The notes beneath the pieces were generated by a model. It made no database searches. It was not told where the DNA came from and was given only the letters and a program-made list of their open reading frames with translations. A program made the translations under genes and the position numbers. Shown piece by piece: positions 24,361 to 38,190 of a stretch of 64,000 nucleotides of DNA. Source of the stretch: Chiloscyllium plagiosum (taxonomy: Eukaryota). Position 1 is the stretch's first letter, and every line of letters begins with the position of its first letter. Location: assembly GCF_004010195.1 (NCBI RefSeq), contig NC_057723.1, positions 39,033,425-39,097,424 on the forward strand, given 5' to 3'.

Positions 24361-25964
24361 CCAACTCTTATATATTGTGTTGCACCTACTGACAATTCTT
24401 GTTCCTTCTGCATTCCACCATGTTGCATCCAATCCCTCCACTCTTCAATTTGCCCACCACAGCCTTGATTTCAGGAAACAGACCCCTGGACTAACCATGG
24501 CCAATACCTGAAAGATTTGGAAAGACAACCATAACTGATGAGTGACTAAATTCCTGACTGATTTCTGTGCAGCTCCCCAACAGACATACAGCTAATCCCT
24601 GAACTAGTTGCACTGGACTTGCAGAATTGATATCGCCCACTCCCCAAACTAATAATGTAGAACCTCTGACCCTGAATGTACCACATGGCCGATTGACCTT
24701 AGATTATGATTGGACAATGTCCTTGATGACTGGTGGTATCCTTTGACCTGATTAAGGACTACTTCCTTTAGACTTTGACACGGTCATTTGGTACCTTCAG
24801 CATCTTTGCTGCACAAGCTGCTGGCACTTGTAGGTGTGACAGAACACTGTGCCACAGAAGTATGTCCACTCCCTTGACTGATGGCAACTGTGACAAGCTA
24901 CCTGGCTTTATGTCTGCACTATGAGGTAAGGTAAAACAAACATACTATGAGGTTCTCAAGTTCTTAATGATACTGCATGTGCTAAAAAATAGTATGACAA
25001 AAAAGCACAAAGTGAGTGAGTGCTAAGAAGGCAAGCTAAGAGCCCTTATGCACCCAGTAAGGTGCATGCTTCTCATTGAATGCAAAGTGGCCTGGCAGCA
25101 GGATTGCAGTGAGAGGTGTTGATGATTTGCAAAGCGCAGAATTGAAATGGTGAAGTGTATTATAAATGAGTCAGAGATGTGCCATAATGGTGGCAGGAGG
25201 CTGTAGTGTGCTGTGAAATGCTGGGGAATGTTAACCAACTTGGACACCCAGCGGAGCAGGTGGCAAACTCGACCTGCCAGGTAACCAGTCAGACTTTTAT
25301 GTTACAAATTGTAGCCATCTAGGTTTTCTCTGTGGCACAGGAGAATAGGAAATTGTATATAAATAAGATGAGATCAAGTAATAATGAGATGCCAATACTT
25401 GTCAGTACCGCTCAACATTGAAACTTTGTTGTGAAAAAAAAAGTCTGATTTTCCACTCATCGAGAATCTGATTTCATCATAATTTCCCAACCGACTCACC
25501 ATTGACAATGTCATTGAAGGTTGGGAAAATTACGCCCTATGTGTGCGGTATACAAACTATGCAACTGGCAGAAAAGAAGGTCAAGGCTGTATTTCCCTCA
25601 TTTGCAAAATAATTTGTGTGTCTGTGCTTACAATGCATTCATGGTATTAAACCCTGGAACATGTTGGATAGATTTCACTTCTTCCTGAGGGTTCCATGTA
25701 TGTACATGGGGTCTCCCAGTGATTCTTCTTGTGCCTAATGTAGATGATATAAGGATTTGCTTTGATATATCTGTGAGAGTTTTCATGCCATACTTTGTTG
25801 GGATGTTTGAAGGTGAAAGTAACAAAATTTATGTAAAAATTGGAATAGACTGTGGGAATGAGCACTATTGGTTTGTTGGGAATTTCACTGAATTTCTAAA
25901 ATACTGATGTTGGTATTAGATATAGGAAGAAAAGTTGTTGGGGAATGACCAGTTTTAATTTTGA

Positions 25965-26112
25965 TTTAGATTTAGATTCCCTACAGTATGGAACCAGGCC
26001 CCTTCGGCCCAACAAGTCCACACTGACCCACCGAAGAGTAACCCACCCAGACCCAACCCCCTAACCTGTATTTACCCCTGACTAATGCACCTAACACCAT
26101 GGGCAATTTAGC
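25965..26112 (-). mobile_element. HE1-like SINE 3' fragment
   Basis: TTTAGATTTAGATTCCCTACAG..GGCCCAACAAGTCCACAC matches the 3' half of the other SINE copies. Confidence 0.85.
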
Positions 26113-27119
26113 AGGGACAATATTTCTATTAAAGTTTCTTTGTAATACATGGGTCCCAGACTCTGCAGAGCTCTGCTCTTGTATTTTCAGCATACATTTT
26201 AAAATTCACTAATCTTTGAAGATGTGAACAACTTGTTAATTTCAGTCAATGATACATTCCAATTTGCTGCATGGCCAGGCACAAATCCACCTTAAAAGGT
26301 CAATGCTCCCAACTATATGTGGAAAAAGACAAAGTACAATTTCTTAATTACCATTCATATTAAATTCAGTGAATATACTCACCTTGTGCCATATGGAAAA
26401 ATAGTAAATCAATTGCTGATCTTGTGCATCAAATTCAAAACTACTATATCCAGCTCGCACATTGTGATAACACTCCCTTAGGGTGGCAGAAGCCAGCAGT
26501 ACTGACCTTGCTAGAGTTTTGTGTCTTGACAAATATGAATAAACTCACATCTCTTTGAAGATTCATGTAACTTTACTGGCCTTTACATCAGCTGACGGAC
26601 CCAAACGGCAGCTCAGAGTGGCTCACAATGGTCAGAACTTCATTCACATGTAGTCTTGAGTGAGACATTGCAGTAGAAATTCCAGTAGCTCCACATCCTT
26701 AGCAATATTTATGTTGTGAAGGCCATATAGCACAATTGTCCATTAGATCAGGCACCTTGCTGGGTTCCCTCAGAATTATTTCAGATGTTTGATGGCCAAA
26801 GTATCTTGACCATCATCATCAAGAAATAACCTAATTTTAGGTTGTGGAACCACTAATCCATATAAAAAAAAACTGTTGGGAGACTATTCCTAGCTTGTTT
26901 CAATGGCAGATTGCTAAGGAAAAGTGGATAGAACAGAGCACAAAGGAAGATGGTTATGATTGTTGGAGGTCAATCATCTCAGCTACAGGACATCACTCAG
27001 GGTATATGTTTTCTAATCAAGCTGCTCAGCAATGTTTTGACACAGCTCTCTAAGAGGTGGGACTTGAACCCTGGCCTCCTGCTTGAAAGGCAGGGATACT
27101 ATCCACAAGCATCAACTCC

Positions 27120-27505
27120 CTCCACTACTGATGCTCAGTAGCAGCAGTGTGTACTATCTGCAAAATGCACTACAGAAATTCACCAAAGATCCTTAGACAG
27201 CATCTTCCAACCCATGACCACTTCCATCTAGAAGGACAAGGGCAGCAGATACATGAACACTACTATCTGCAAATTCCCCTCCAAGCTACTCACCATCCTA
27301 AACTGGAAATATATCATCAATCCTTCACTCTCGTTGAGTCAAATTCCTGGAACTCCCTCCCTAATAGCATTGTGGATCAAGACACAGCACATGGACTGCA
27401 GAGTTTCAAGAGGCAGCTCACCATCACCTTCTCGAAATCAATCATGGACAAGCCATAAATGTTGGCCAGCCAGCAAAGCCCATGTCTTGGGAGTGAATAA
27501 AAAGA
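27120..27505 (+). mobile_element. LINE 3' fragment (CR1/L2 group)
   Basis: AAVCTICKMHYRNSPKILRQHLP..SWNSLPNSIV..LQSFKRQL C-terminal ORF2-like sequence, ending in GTGAATAAAAAG. Confidence 0.65.
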
Positions 27506-27899
27506 AAACACTACCACACACGACTCCATGCTGAAGGAACACTGCAAATGCACCAATGAAATGTGTTCCTCAGTGTAGATATCATATAATCAACCTGTTC
27601 AGAGATGTTATTACTGCTAGCCTTGAAGGAGAGGCACTACCACTGCACCAAGTACACCACATGAAACTTCAGGTGTTCAAAATGAGGGCTCACTAAGACC
27701 TTCACAATAGATTTTGGCCTAAATAGCAACTCCCACATCTTGCGAATGGAACATGGCAGAGAATAAATCCTGTTTCATTTTACTGATTTGTAATACTAAC
27801 GACAGGAGAGAAATGTAAATAAATACTTTTGTGGACAGGATGATGTTTAGCTCTGTGGTTCTGTAGTATAGTGTTACACCTGTTTAATTAGGCATCTTT

Positions 27900-28245
27900 A
27901 GTTTTATTTATTCATAGGATGAGGGCATCCCTGGCTAGTCCAGCATTTATTGCCCATTTCTAATTGCACAGAGGACATTTAAGAGTCAACCACATTGCAG
28001 TGGGTCTGGAATCACAGATAGGCCAAACCAGGTAAGGATAACAATTTCCTTCCCTAAAGGACATTAGTGATGGTTTTTATCTGACAATCAACAATGTTTC
28101 ATGATCATCAGTACACTCTTAATTCCAGATTTTTAAAAACTGAATTCAAATTTCAGCATCTGACATGGTGGGATTTGAGCCAGAACCTTACATGGGTCTT
28201 TAGATTAACAGTATAGTGAAAATACCAGTAGGCCATCACCTTGCC
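27900..28245 (-). mobile_element. tRNA-derived SINE with a LINE-like 3' tail (diverged)
   Basis: Tail TTATTCAT..GGCTAGTCCAGCATTTAT is complementary to the 3' end of the 27120-27505 LINE. B-box-like GGGATTTGAGCC lies near 28170-28181. Confidence 0.6.
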
Positions 28246-30140
28246 TTAAATGTTTTTCCAGAATGTTTTCTTAAAGTTTCATAATTGTGCTTTAACAGTA
28301 TTGTTACTTTTGCAAGATTAGATTGGAAGCTAATACAAAAGCGACAGGTTGTATTAGGTATTCAATGTTTACATTGGAGAATTACAGCGCGGCTTTAAAC
28401 ATCCTTATATGCCCTTGTATTTAAGGTACTTGTAGAAAGTTTTCTGCCATGCTGATTTGAGATTAGTGATGTCATTTTGGAGCACAGCCCTCCAGCTGGC
28501 ACCATTTCAAGTGCAGCAGCAGCAAAACCCCCTTAGCACAAATCAAAGGGATCATCAACAACTTAGAACTCTGTTACTGATGGATTTATTTCTGCCTGTT
28601 GTTATGATTGTATAAATGTTAGGTGCTTTTTACAGTTGTTTCAAGTTATGTAAAATCCACAGGGAGTGATGTAGCAGGTGGTAAAGGACTTCTTGCTGAT
28701 TTCAAGGCTTCTGCACAAAACAGTCACTCTGAGACATGAGTGCGCAAATAGACATTCCCCTTGGAATAAAGCGCAACTAATGCAAATGATCTATGCAGAG
28801 TAGGATATGTTGCTGGAAAAGGAAGAAGGTGAAAGACTCTCAGTTGGAGACCATATCTACTCGGGATGTTCAGGGAGAAATAGACTGAAATTTAGGGACC
28901 CCACCAGGAGAGTGGGGATAGGCAAAGTATAAAATGAGTTGCATTGCCGTGGGTGGTGTTCCCAATACTTGCTTTCCTGACTCCATCCCACTGCAATTTT
29001 ACCCATACTGAGGGAATTGTTGAGAGGCCTGTCTGTCTTGACCCTTAAGTGATTAAATTACATTTAAGGGTTTTTTTTCTCTCTATCGCTGGAATTATCT
29101 GCTCTGGCTTGTAATGGACAAAGGAGAACTCTCCCTTTAGATGTCCTGTAGGCCCATCTGAGTCTTTCCTGCCCTGTTTCCCTTTCCACCCTCAAGATTA
29201 GCACCTGTAAGTCTCCACTTCACAGCCATTTCCAGTGCTGATGTGTGGTTAAGGTCCCAGCAATGATCACTGCTCCCAGTGGCACTCCTTGGACTGGAAA
29301 GCTGCCAACCATTTGATTGGGCTCATGTGAAGTGCTGGCCAGTTTGTACCATTTCTGTAAGAATGTCTTATCTGAACTGTGTCACTTGCTCTGACCACAT
29401 GTTCTCTCTCAGTCCAAAGACAGGACTTCATTGCTCATGGACAATGAACTTTCATGCACCTAGCTCCTCCAAGTTGGAGCTGGAGTTATTTGTAACATTT
29501 TGTTGTTCACTTGTATAAGAGAGTTCATTGACATTTTCCATCTTTTAGAGTTAGATACATTTTGTTCTTGCTTGCAAGAGAGAAGAAGATATGTTGACAA
29601 GTCAGCTAGTATGGCTGACTTTTCCATGTTTCAGGATGCCATTAACTGCATGGAAGTCATTTTAAAGGCAAAACATTCAACTCTGTCCTATGCCTGACAT
29701 CTAGCTGATGTGTAATGCTAGGCAGAAAATCAAGTAAGTCAATGCCAGTATTCTAGCAGTCAGAATGAATCCATTCTGCAGTTCACTGTTCCAGCTGCAT
29801 TTGAGTCATCAGAACAAAGTAAAGGATGAACACTAAATGGCAAGCGCTAACTATCTACACACTTACAGCATTGAAATAATGTAAACTACTTTCACACAAA
29901 ATGTGATAGAGCAAACCCCCAGTAGCATGATAAAACACTGTCTCCACTTTTTCTACTGAACTGCAGGAGCCCTGCCACACTCGGCAAAGTGGGTATCAAA
30001 ATTCCTCACAATCTATTGCTTATTCTACACTTTACCATAATACTTGCCACTAGCTCCTGAGAAACAGGACCTTAAGAAAGAGATGGAGAGAAGGAAAGAA
30101 GGAAGGAGACAACGTAATCAGCAACTGCCAGTGGCTCAGA

Positions 30141-30400
30141 GTGGCACGGTGGTTCAGTGGTTAGCGCTGCTGCCTCACAGCGCCAGGGACCTGAGTTCAA
30201 TTCCCACCCTCGGTTGACTGTCTGTGTGGAGTTTGCACATCCTGCGTGTCTGCATGTGTTTCCTCACGGTCCATAGATGTGTAGCTTAGGTGGATTAGCC
30301 ATTATACTGCAGGGTTACAGGGATAAGGTTGGGGTCTGGGGTAGATGCTGTTCAGTATGGTCTTGATGGTCAAATAGCCTGTTTCCACACTAGGGATCCT
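30141..30400 (+). mobile_element. Diverged HE1-like V-SINE
   Basis: GTGGCACGGTGGTTCAGTGGTTAGC head, GAGTTCAATTCC B box and V-domain GTGTGGAGTTTGCACAT. Confidence 0.85.
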
Positions 30401-30968
30401 GTGAACTTTCCGTGTAGAAAGTGTCAAAGCACGAAAGCAGTCTCAAGAACCCCAATTCATCTTGCACAGCATCCCTCCCTTTCTTACTAATTATCACGCT
30501 ATCGGTTTGGCTGCAATGCAAAAAAGTAAACATTGTAAATTAGCAGTTTAATTTAATCAGTATATATTGCATACAAATTTCAACTGATCATTCCTGCATT
30601 TTCATAGTGACATCTTTTATGCCTATTCAACTGTCTCTGCACAGTACTCCCCCAGTAGGCACAGCATTGATGGCAGAAAGTTGCTGTCTTTCAGTGGAGA
30701 AGACGGCTTAATTATGGCATAGGTCTGCGCTGGCTGGATGATACAAACAGAAGGGTCCGAGTGAAATGGCAGGGAGTGAGGATGGTTGTTGTGATCCTTG
30801 GATAGTGAAAAGGTTTTGAGCTCTGTAGACCCACCACCAGAGAGCTGCACCTTAGTAATTTTATTAATGTGCTGGAGGGTAGATGCTGACTGCTGTATCA
30901 TTCTGCAAGTCCCTGCAATCCACAGCCATGAAAGCAGCAGCAACAGCAACAGCAGAACCTATTCATGG

Positions 30969-31074
30969 AGTGAAAACAACAGATGCTGGAGATCACAGCA
31001 GGTCAGTCTGACCCAATGTGATCTCCAGCATTTGTCATTTTCAGTACAGATTCTAGCATCTGCAGCAATTTGTT
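30969..31074. mobile_element. 106-bp foldback mini-insertion made of PLE-type terminal sequence, with an exact 11-bp TSD
   Basis: GAAAACAACAGATGCTGGAGATCACAGCAGGTCAG mirrors CTGACCCAATGTGATCTCCAGCATTTGTCATTTTC. CCTATTCATGG lies at 30958-30968 and 31075-31085. Confidence 0.75.
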
Positions 31075-31499
31075 CCTATTCATGGGGTCTCTATTAGTTG
31101 AACTTGTATCTACAATATCCTTACCCTTGCTATGATTGTAGCCAATGTGTGCATATTGTTTCAGTATACATAAAATCCCCCTCTACTCTGCAAGATAAAT
31201 GCATTGTTAGCACATGAACTGATGCTGACGAGTGCAAAATCAAGTGATGGTGCCATATCTTCATTAACTCTGTCATCTTAGCATTCCTCCATTGATTGAT
31301 CAGGTTGTACCTTTTATTTACCTAAAAAGGAAAGGACACAAGGATAAGGATAACAGTGGAAGTAACGTAACAGTTTCATGCTTACATCATCTACACTTTG
31401 TGAATCAGAAGAGATTATGTGCTGCGGAGAAGTTGGATGTGGGAAGGAAACCAAGGTACAAGGGCATAATAATCTTTGATAGTTTTATCCTCAGTGGCC

Positions 31500-31630
31500 A
31501 AGGCTTCAGCAATGAACATTCCAATAATGGCCAGCATCGTTTCCTACATGAAGGTCAGTTCATTCAGGTGCACATCTCCACACTGGTTAGTTATTGATCC
31601 CTCCAGTGTGCACCACCCTGTCCTGCAAAA
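31500..31630 (-). mobile_element. Possible Harbinger Myb/SANT-type ORF relic
   Basis: Minus strand TTGCAG|GACAGGGTGGTGCAC.. followed by DVHLNELTFM*ETMLAIIGMFIAEA. Resembles the segment downstream of the Myb/SANT domain in Harbinger second ORFs (recognised from memory only). Confidence 0.3.
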
Positions 31631-33219
31631 TATATTATACAACACTGATTGTCATGCTTTCCTTAATGAAAGTGTGACAATCAGTGCTGTATGATCTATT
31701 TTGTTCATGCTGCTGTCATGGTTAAATAGCTGGATTGTGTGTGAGCTGTATGATGAGTAGGGCTTGCAGCAGCAGTCTTGCTGTGATGGCACAGTGGAAT
31801 ACATAATGTTAGGAATGAGCCCCAATGGATAGATTGTTGATAGGTGAATGATGATGTGGTAGTCGTTTGAGTTATTGTCTGAGGCAAGTGGTACAGCTGA
31901 TGGGATGTGGCATTTGAAGATACATTCACTGACCTTGACCACATGTGAGGTATTTGAACTTCTTTTAACATTATATCCTTGGGGTTTGACTCCTGGAATT
32001 GAACTCCATGGCTACCTGGTCCCACTATTTTCTGAGAATTTGTCTGGAAGGCCTAGAAAGATACTAGATGAAGTGCAGTACTTAAGCCATAGAGGTACAA
32101 AAGCACGGAGCATAAGCTAAATATGGTATGTTGGTGTAGTGGTAGTGGTAGTGGACTGTAATCCAGAAGATAGGGCTAATAATTCAGATAACATGAGTTC
32201 AAGCCCCATTCTGGTGACTTGAGAATTTGAATAATATATGTTATTTGGTCTCAGAATGCACTGGCTGAAGCGTGCATCTTGGTGAGCTGCCAGTTTGAAC
32301 TACTGCAAAGGCTGTGGTCTGGTTTGCTAGGTCTTTAAGGAGGACAGTTAAAATTTGCTTTGGATTTGAAGTCATGTGTGTGCCAGACCATGTAGGGACA
32401 GCAATTTTCCTTCTCTCATGAGAAATAGAGGACATTAGTAATCCAATAGTTTCATTTTCACTGTGGTTGCAGTGTTGGGGAGGGACGTGGTGTTGTGCTC
32501 TCAAAGTGACACTGACAGGCAGCATGGAAAAGGGCAGTGGCTAACAGCTCCTGGAGGTGGTCTGAGGCCTGGCGGATGAACAGTTTCTGTTGCAGACTTC
32601 AGGAGTTGATATATTATACCAGAAGCCACAACTTGGAAGGCTGATTATTGGGTGTGGGCTAAAATCTGACAGTTGGAACTGTTGAACCAAAATGCCACCA
32701 ATCAAGTAAGGTACTTTTCCACAGTAAACACTGTTAAAATGAATCTCATGATGCTGAATGAGATTTTCAGTCACAATAACTTATCAATGTCAACAATCAG
32801 CAGAACAATAAATGGGGAAACATTAAACACAGACTCCTTGTATCCTTATAACATTGTCTTGAGGTATGTACACTAACTCAATATTGCCATTCTATCTTTT
32901 CTTTTTTGTGATATGGCAATTTAACTGAATTAGTGGTGCGATTGTATGAAATCCATTAAACAGCCAGCCAATATTGCAACTGGTTCAGTTTCTTATTTTA
33001 TGCCCAGTTAACTATAGTTAATGCTGATTTCAGAATTGGGCTGCCTGTCTTCCAAAGTTCTTCCATATTTTCATTTTGGTACAATTTGTATTTTTTTGAA
33101 AAAATTAAAGTTGACCTTAAATAAAGCAAAATTCAATTATGAATGCATTCAATTATATTTCCTGCACTCATAATTCTGCAAACTTAAGACATGAAAATAT
33201 TCTTCATTTGCATATATTG

Positions 33220-33828
33220 ATGGTGAAGAAGGTGTTTGGTATGCTTTCCTTTATTGGTCAAAGTATTGGATACAGGAGTTGGGACGTCATGTTGCGGCTG
33301 TACAGGACATTGGTTAGGTCACTGTTGGAATATTGCATGCAATTCTGGTGTCCTTCCTATTGGAAAGATGTTGTGAAACTTGGAAGGATTCAGAAAAGAT
33401 TTACAAGGATGTTGCCAGGGTTGGAGGATCTGAGCTACAGGGTGGGGCTGAACAGGCTGGGGCTGTTTTCCCTGGAGTGTCGAAGGCTGAGGGGTGACCT
33501 TATAGAGGTTTACAAAATTATGAGGGACATGGATAGGATAAATAGACAAAGTCTTTTCCCTGGAGTCGGGGAGTCTAGAACTAGAGGGCATAGGTTTAGG
33601 TGAGAGGGGAAAGATATAAAAGAGACCGAAGGGGCAACTTTTTCACACAGAGGGTGGTACAACTGCAACATTTAAGAGGCATTTGGATGGGTATATGAAT
33701 AGGAAGGGTTTGGAGGGATATTGGCCGGGTGTTGGCAGGAGGGACTAGATTGGGTTGGGATATCTGGTCAGCATGGACGGATTGGACCGAAGAGTCTGTT
33801 TCCATGCTGTACATCTCTGTGACTCTAT
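33220..33828 (+). mobile_element. CR1 (HER1-like) LINE 3' fragment
   Basis: LYRTLVRSLLEYCMQFWCP..RRLRGDLIEVYKIM..SRTRGHRFR and a CTCTGTGACTCTATG tail. Confidence 0.9.
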
Positions 33829-34037
33829 GCAGCTGAAGCAGAAAAAACATGTCAGTAATACTAGGCTATTTAACTTGCTAAATAAACCCACAAGTCAAAG
33901 AAAAAAGTAATTGAGGTTTAGCATATTATAGGTAAATACTGTTATTAATTTTAAATTTTTTTTGAAAGATGACTAGCTATTCATTGATGAAATAATGTGT
34001 ATTTAAGTTATTAATATTTTTGTATTTTTATTAACAG

Positions 34038-34113
34038 GAACAGCTTTAACTGTTATAGTGTGTTTGCTTGTTGTCGTCGCAATAATTGGGTTGGTGATAT
34101 ACTTAAAGAAACG
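34038..34113 (+). CDS. Transmembrane exon of the PARM1-like membrane mucin
   Basis: Acceptor TTTTTGTATTTTTATTAACAG| at 34037. In phase 1 it reads (G)TALTVIVCLLVVVAIIGLVIYLKK(R), a hydrophobic helix plus basic stop-transfer. Donor CG|GTAGGT at 34114 (phase 2). Confidence 0.85.
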
Positions 34114-37100
34114 GTAGGTTCATACAATTTAATGAGGTCAGTGGAATAGTACTAACCAGAATCCATTAAAAGAATACCAGCATGTCTCTTCCATAGAGAC
34201 TCTATGCTATTAAAGTAGGGAATGTCAATGCTCAGAGATCACCTTTCAGTACCATGGGTCTGTGCCAATCCTCCTGGGCCATGTTCTCTCCACACTGTCC
34301 TATGGGGCAAATCCTAAAACAGGCAATTATTAAACATCTATAATGATGAATAAACATCTTTCTACTCTGTCCCAACAAATTGCTTTAATCCTATCCTCAA
34401 AGCACCTCCAATATTATGACAGACATTTTCATATTTCCTATACCAACCATTTTTACTTCCTAAATAAGCAAAATTGACTATAACAAATTTAACCAGTTTT
34501 GTCCTGTAGTCTTTTGAATGCTGGGTATTACAGAATCATAGAATACACAAGACGCCCTTCGGCACATACAGTCAACACAGACAGAAATGGCTCTAAATGT
34601 ACACTAGTTCTACCATTCAGCACTTTGCACATAGCCAAGAATGTTATGAACATTTCAAGTTGCCATTCCAAGTACTTTTACAAATTGAGTAGAATTCTCA
34701 CAGATACCACTGAAAAGTATTTTCATGTCATTCTGGGTTACAGCCAAACTTGGTTCCCAAAAATAAAAGAATAGTGATAATAGTTTTTCCCACTGTAATC
34801 ATATTGAATGATGGTCAGAAATTGATTACCAGAAAAAAAGTTAGGTGTATATAATGTAATGGCAATACACATCTTACAGATGTTACTAGAAATTTATTGT
34901 TTTAATTAATTGACTTTGTCTCAGCATGAAATGCAAAGCTTAAATCTATGTTGCTATGAATTTATAAATGTACAACTCAAGTCGATAGTACTAACAGATC
35001 TTGTGTTCCTTGGGTCCACAATTTTCAAACTGCAAACCAATAAATAAAAAATCTAACAATAATTAAGGATGATATTTCCTAATTTTCAAGGACTGAAATG
35101 CCATGGTGCCAGGACTGCAAGTCTTCATGTGATTTATAAGCTACAGTTCAGATATCCCACTTCTAGTCCATCTTAAGTATAAAAATAATGACTGGGGTAA
35201 AGTTTGTCCTCAGTGGTGCGGGTTTTCATGGTGTAATTCAACGAAAATTTGTGTAACTCTTCAAACAATAGCAGATTTTTAAGTGCAAATAATATTCAAC
35301 ACAAACTGAGTTTCCACAAGGTCTCGAGGAACCTGCAAAGATTCAACTTATTTTTCATGCAAGTACTCCAAAAGGCACATTTTAAAAGATGTCAAACTGA
35401 TTACTTCAATATAACTGGTATAATGTATCTAGAACAAAAAAAATGCCAACTCCTAATAATATGACAGCAGTGTTTTGGCATTGACATGCCTGTCTTTAAA
35501 ATTTGCCTTTAAAAACAACTGTCTTTAAAACAACTTGGTACAGATGAATTTCAATTGTTCTTGCCGGGAATACTTTGTTGTGACAGGAGTATGCTTTCTG
35601 TGTATTGAGATTTCACTTAGCTTTCCTTTGACTGAAAATCCAGACAATAAAACATTTCCAATTCCTTCCTCCATCAATCAATTCTATCTTAAATAACATT
35701 AAACAATACATGTGACCCAATTAAATGGAAGTTGTAACCTTTGGATTTTTGTATAAGACATTTGAAACCAAAAACTAGGACTGGCCAAAAAATTTAGAAA
35801 ATTCGTTTGAATTTATTTTCAAGAGTGTGCAGATGTATTAATGAATGTACATTGATTTACCTTGGATAGATTTGAGAATTCTGAGCTGAAGGTGATTTGC
35901 TGTTGCCAGTGATTTAAGAAAATATGCAATCGTATTCCCTTGACAAAAATATTAAAAATCCTTCTTGCCTTATTGTAGGAGAGTGTTCTATAGCCGCCTG
36001 GAGGAAGACTATACAACTGGATCTTGGAGCAATTACAACAATCCTGTGTTTGAAGATTTATGACAACATTTTTTTAAGTTATTACTTTTACGTACAAGAG
36101 GCATCAAGCAACAAATGTACATATCAAGCATTTTCTTGAAAACAATGTTAAATTCTGAATGCTTTTTCATTTTGTTGGAAGCTGGAAAACAAGGTGAAAT
36201 TAGTCTTGGGTGCTAGCAAAAATTGGTAATTGTAATTCAGCAGCCAATGTGCTTTATTTACCTTGTTGGCTGCTTTGAGTTACTCCCCAGTCCAATTTAG
36301 TGCTCTCGTACCCTAGTACTCAACAGCTTTATTTTCACTCATAGAATCTATTTAAGGCTTTTAACTTGACAACATCAACAGTACTTGATCAAGTTATCAA
36401 ATTACAGTGGCAGATCCTGGTATATAGCAACTGCAACCTGAGCTGGTGTTTTATATGTCAACCTTGCAGACTTGTTTTTGAAAATCTCAGCTTCATTTTC
36501 TTTAAACTTGCTTAAGAAAGAAGTTGGCTGCATGGTTAAAATGTACTTTATTTTCTGCTGATATAAATAATGTTAATATTCAAGCTTGACTATAATAACT
36601 AGCCCATGTAGTTATTGTTACATACATACAGCAAATTTGACTAACTACAGACTAGCATGTAGAAAAGTAGTTTCTGTTCCTAACAGGAATGTTTTGTGTT
36701 TTAGTGGTCAACTGATATCATCAAAGATGCAGCTGAAAAGCTAAACACTTTGTCGCCAACCTTGGATGCACAGTATTTACTATAACGTTTATTTAAAGAG
36801 AGGGACCTTGATTTTATGTTGACTTGATTTATTACTGATGCATGATTTAACATTGGTCAAGTTACCTTAGATTAGTTAAAAGTATATTTCAAACTACTGC
36901 AAAATCTATCTTTGAATACAGCTAAAGTTCTTAAAAAATGAGAATACCTCAACCAAAACAGGTTATTAAACTGTAAAGATAGTCAGGAATCAAGATGTAG
37001 ACATTTTGATTGTATATTTATGCAGAAAAAGGAATCATGATAATGCTTCCTGTCAAACATGCTGGATAATCATAACCTGTCCTTTTTTAGCTTGCCTGTA

Positions 37101-38057
37101 TAATATGAAGAAGGAATACAGGTGGTGTTTTTACTGTGCAGAATGCCAAATATGACATTGTATCTATGATGTCATGATTGGGCTCAATGCTTGCTTCAGA
37201 GTTTTAAGGAATATCTAGCCTAGATACAAGTTAGAATGTAGTATAAAATAAAACACATGGTAAATGGTGGTTTCAAGGCTTTTATTCAATAAGCAATTAC
37301 ATGTAATGATATTTATATGTAATCTATGAATTTGGATGTGGTCACACTATTATCCGTTTTCCTGAGCGTTATTGCTGATAGAATGGATATGATGAGGAAC
37401 ACCATTTGTTACAATAAAATACTTTTTTAAATGACTATTTTGGAACAATTTTGGCATAGGTTCAGATTTTTTTATGTCCTACACTATTCAGCAAAGCATG
37501 GAAGAAAAGCAGTCTTCCTTTTTGCTCAAGAATCCAAATTTCTACCTGATCTTAGTTCACCATTGGTGCTTAACATGAACTGGTGAGACAAGAGATCAAC
37601 AGACAAATTTATTTTATTCCTCTACAGCTGATGAAAAAATTAGAACAGAATAAATTTGGCTCCCCCAATGTAAAAAATAAAAATTTGCTCATTGTTTATA
37701 TATAATCATTTTACATAAAGACTTAGCCTAGCCACCTACAGGCATTTCGACCAAGCCATTTTCCAAGAAGAATATGATTTTAGTTTTGAAAAATGAAAAA
37801 ATAGTTGCATATGGTTCTTTGTGAGTAAAATTACGAATCTAATAATAAGGAAATGACTAAACAATATTGCTCATTATTCAATAATGAGAATATTAATTTT
37901 TATTTACTAAAAGATGGTTGTTTATTAAAAATATTAATGTAATCTTTCAAAGAGCAGCCTAAAATTCCAAATTTTCTCCAATTTATGGCCTCCAAATGAG
38001 ACTTGTGTTTGGTGAAGGTTTTTGACTGACTTTGAAAGGAAAAAAAAGTGGGTGTCC

Positions 38058-38190
38058 TTAAGACCGTAAGACACAGGAGTGGAAGTAAGGCCATTCAGCC
38101 CATTGAGTCTACTTCATCATTCAATCATGGCTGATGGGCATTTCAATGCTTCATACCGCACTCTCCCCATATCCCTTAATTCCTTGTGAA
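38058..38190 (-). mobile_element. CR1 LINE tail fragment
   Basis: TAAGACCGTAAGACACAGGAGTGGAAGTAAGGCC.. is the same tail as 11630-11760. Confidence 0.8.

Noticed and set aside
30930-30955. CAG/CAA run as a poly-Gln exon
   Set aside because: Very short, with no splice signals or supporting frame.
36704-36786. Candidate tail exon after TTTTAG
   Set aside because: In the required phase 2 it gives only a short featureless peptide (GQLISSKMQLKS*), and there is no supporting motif.
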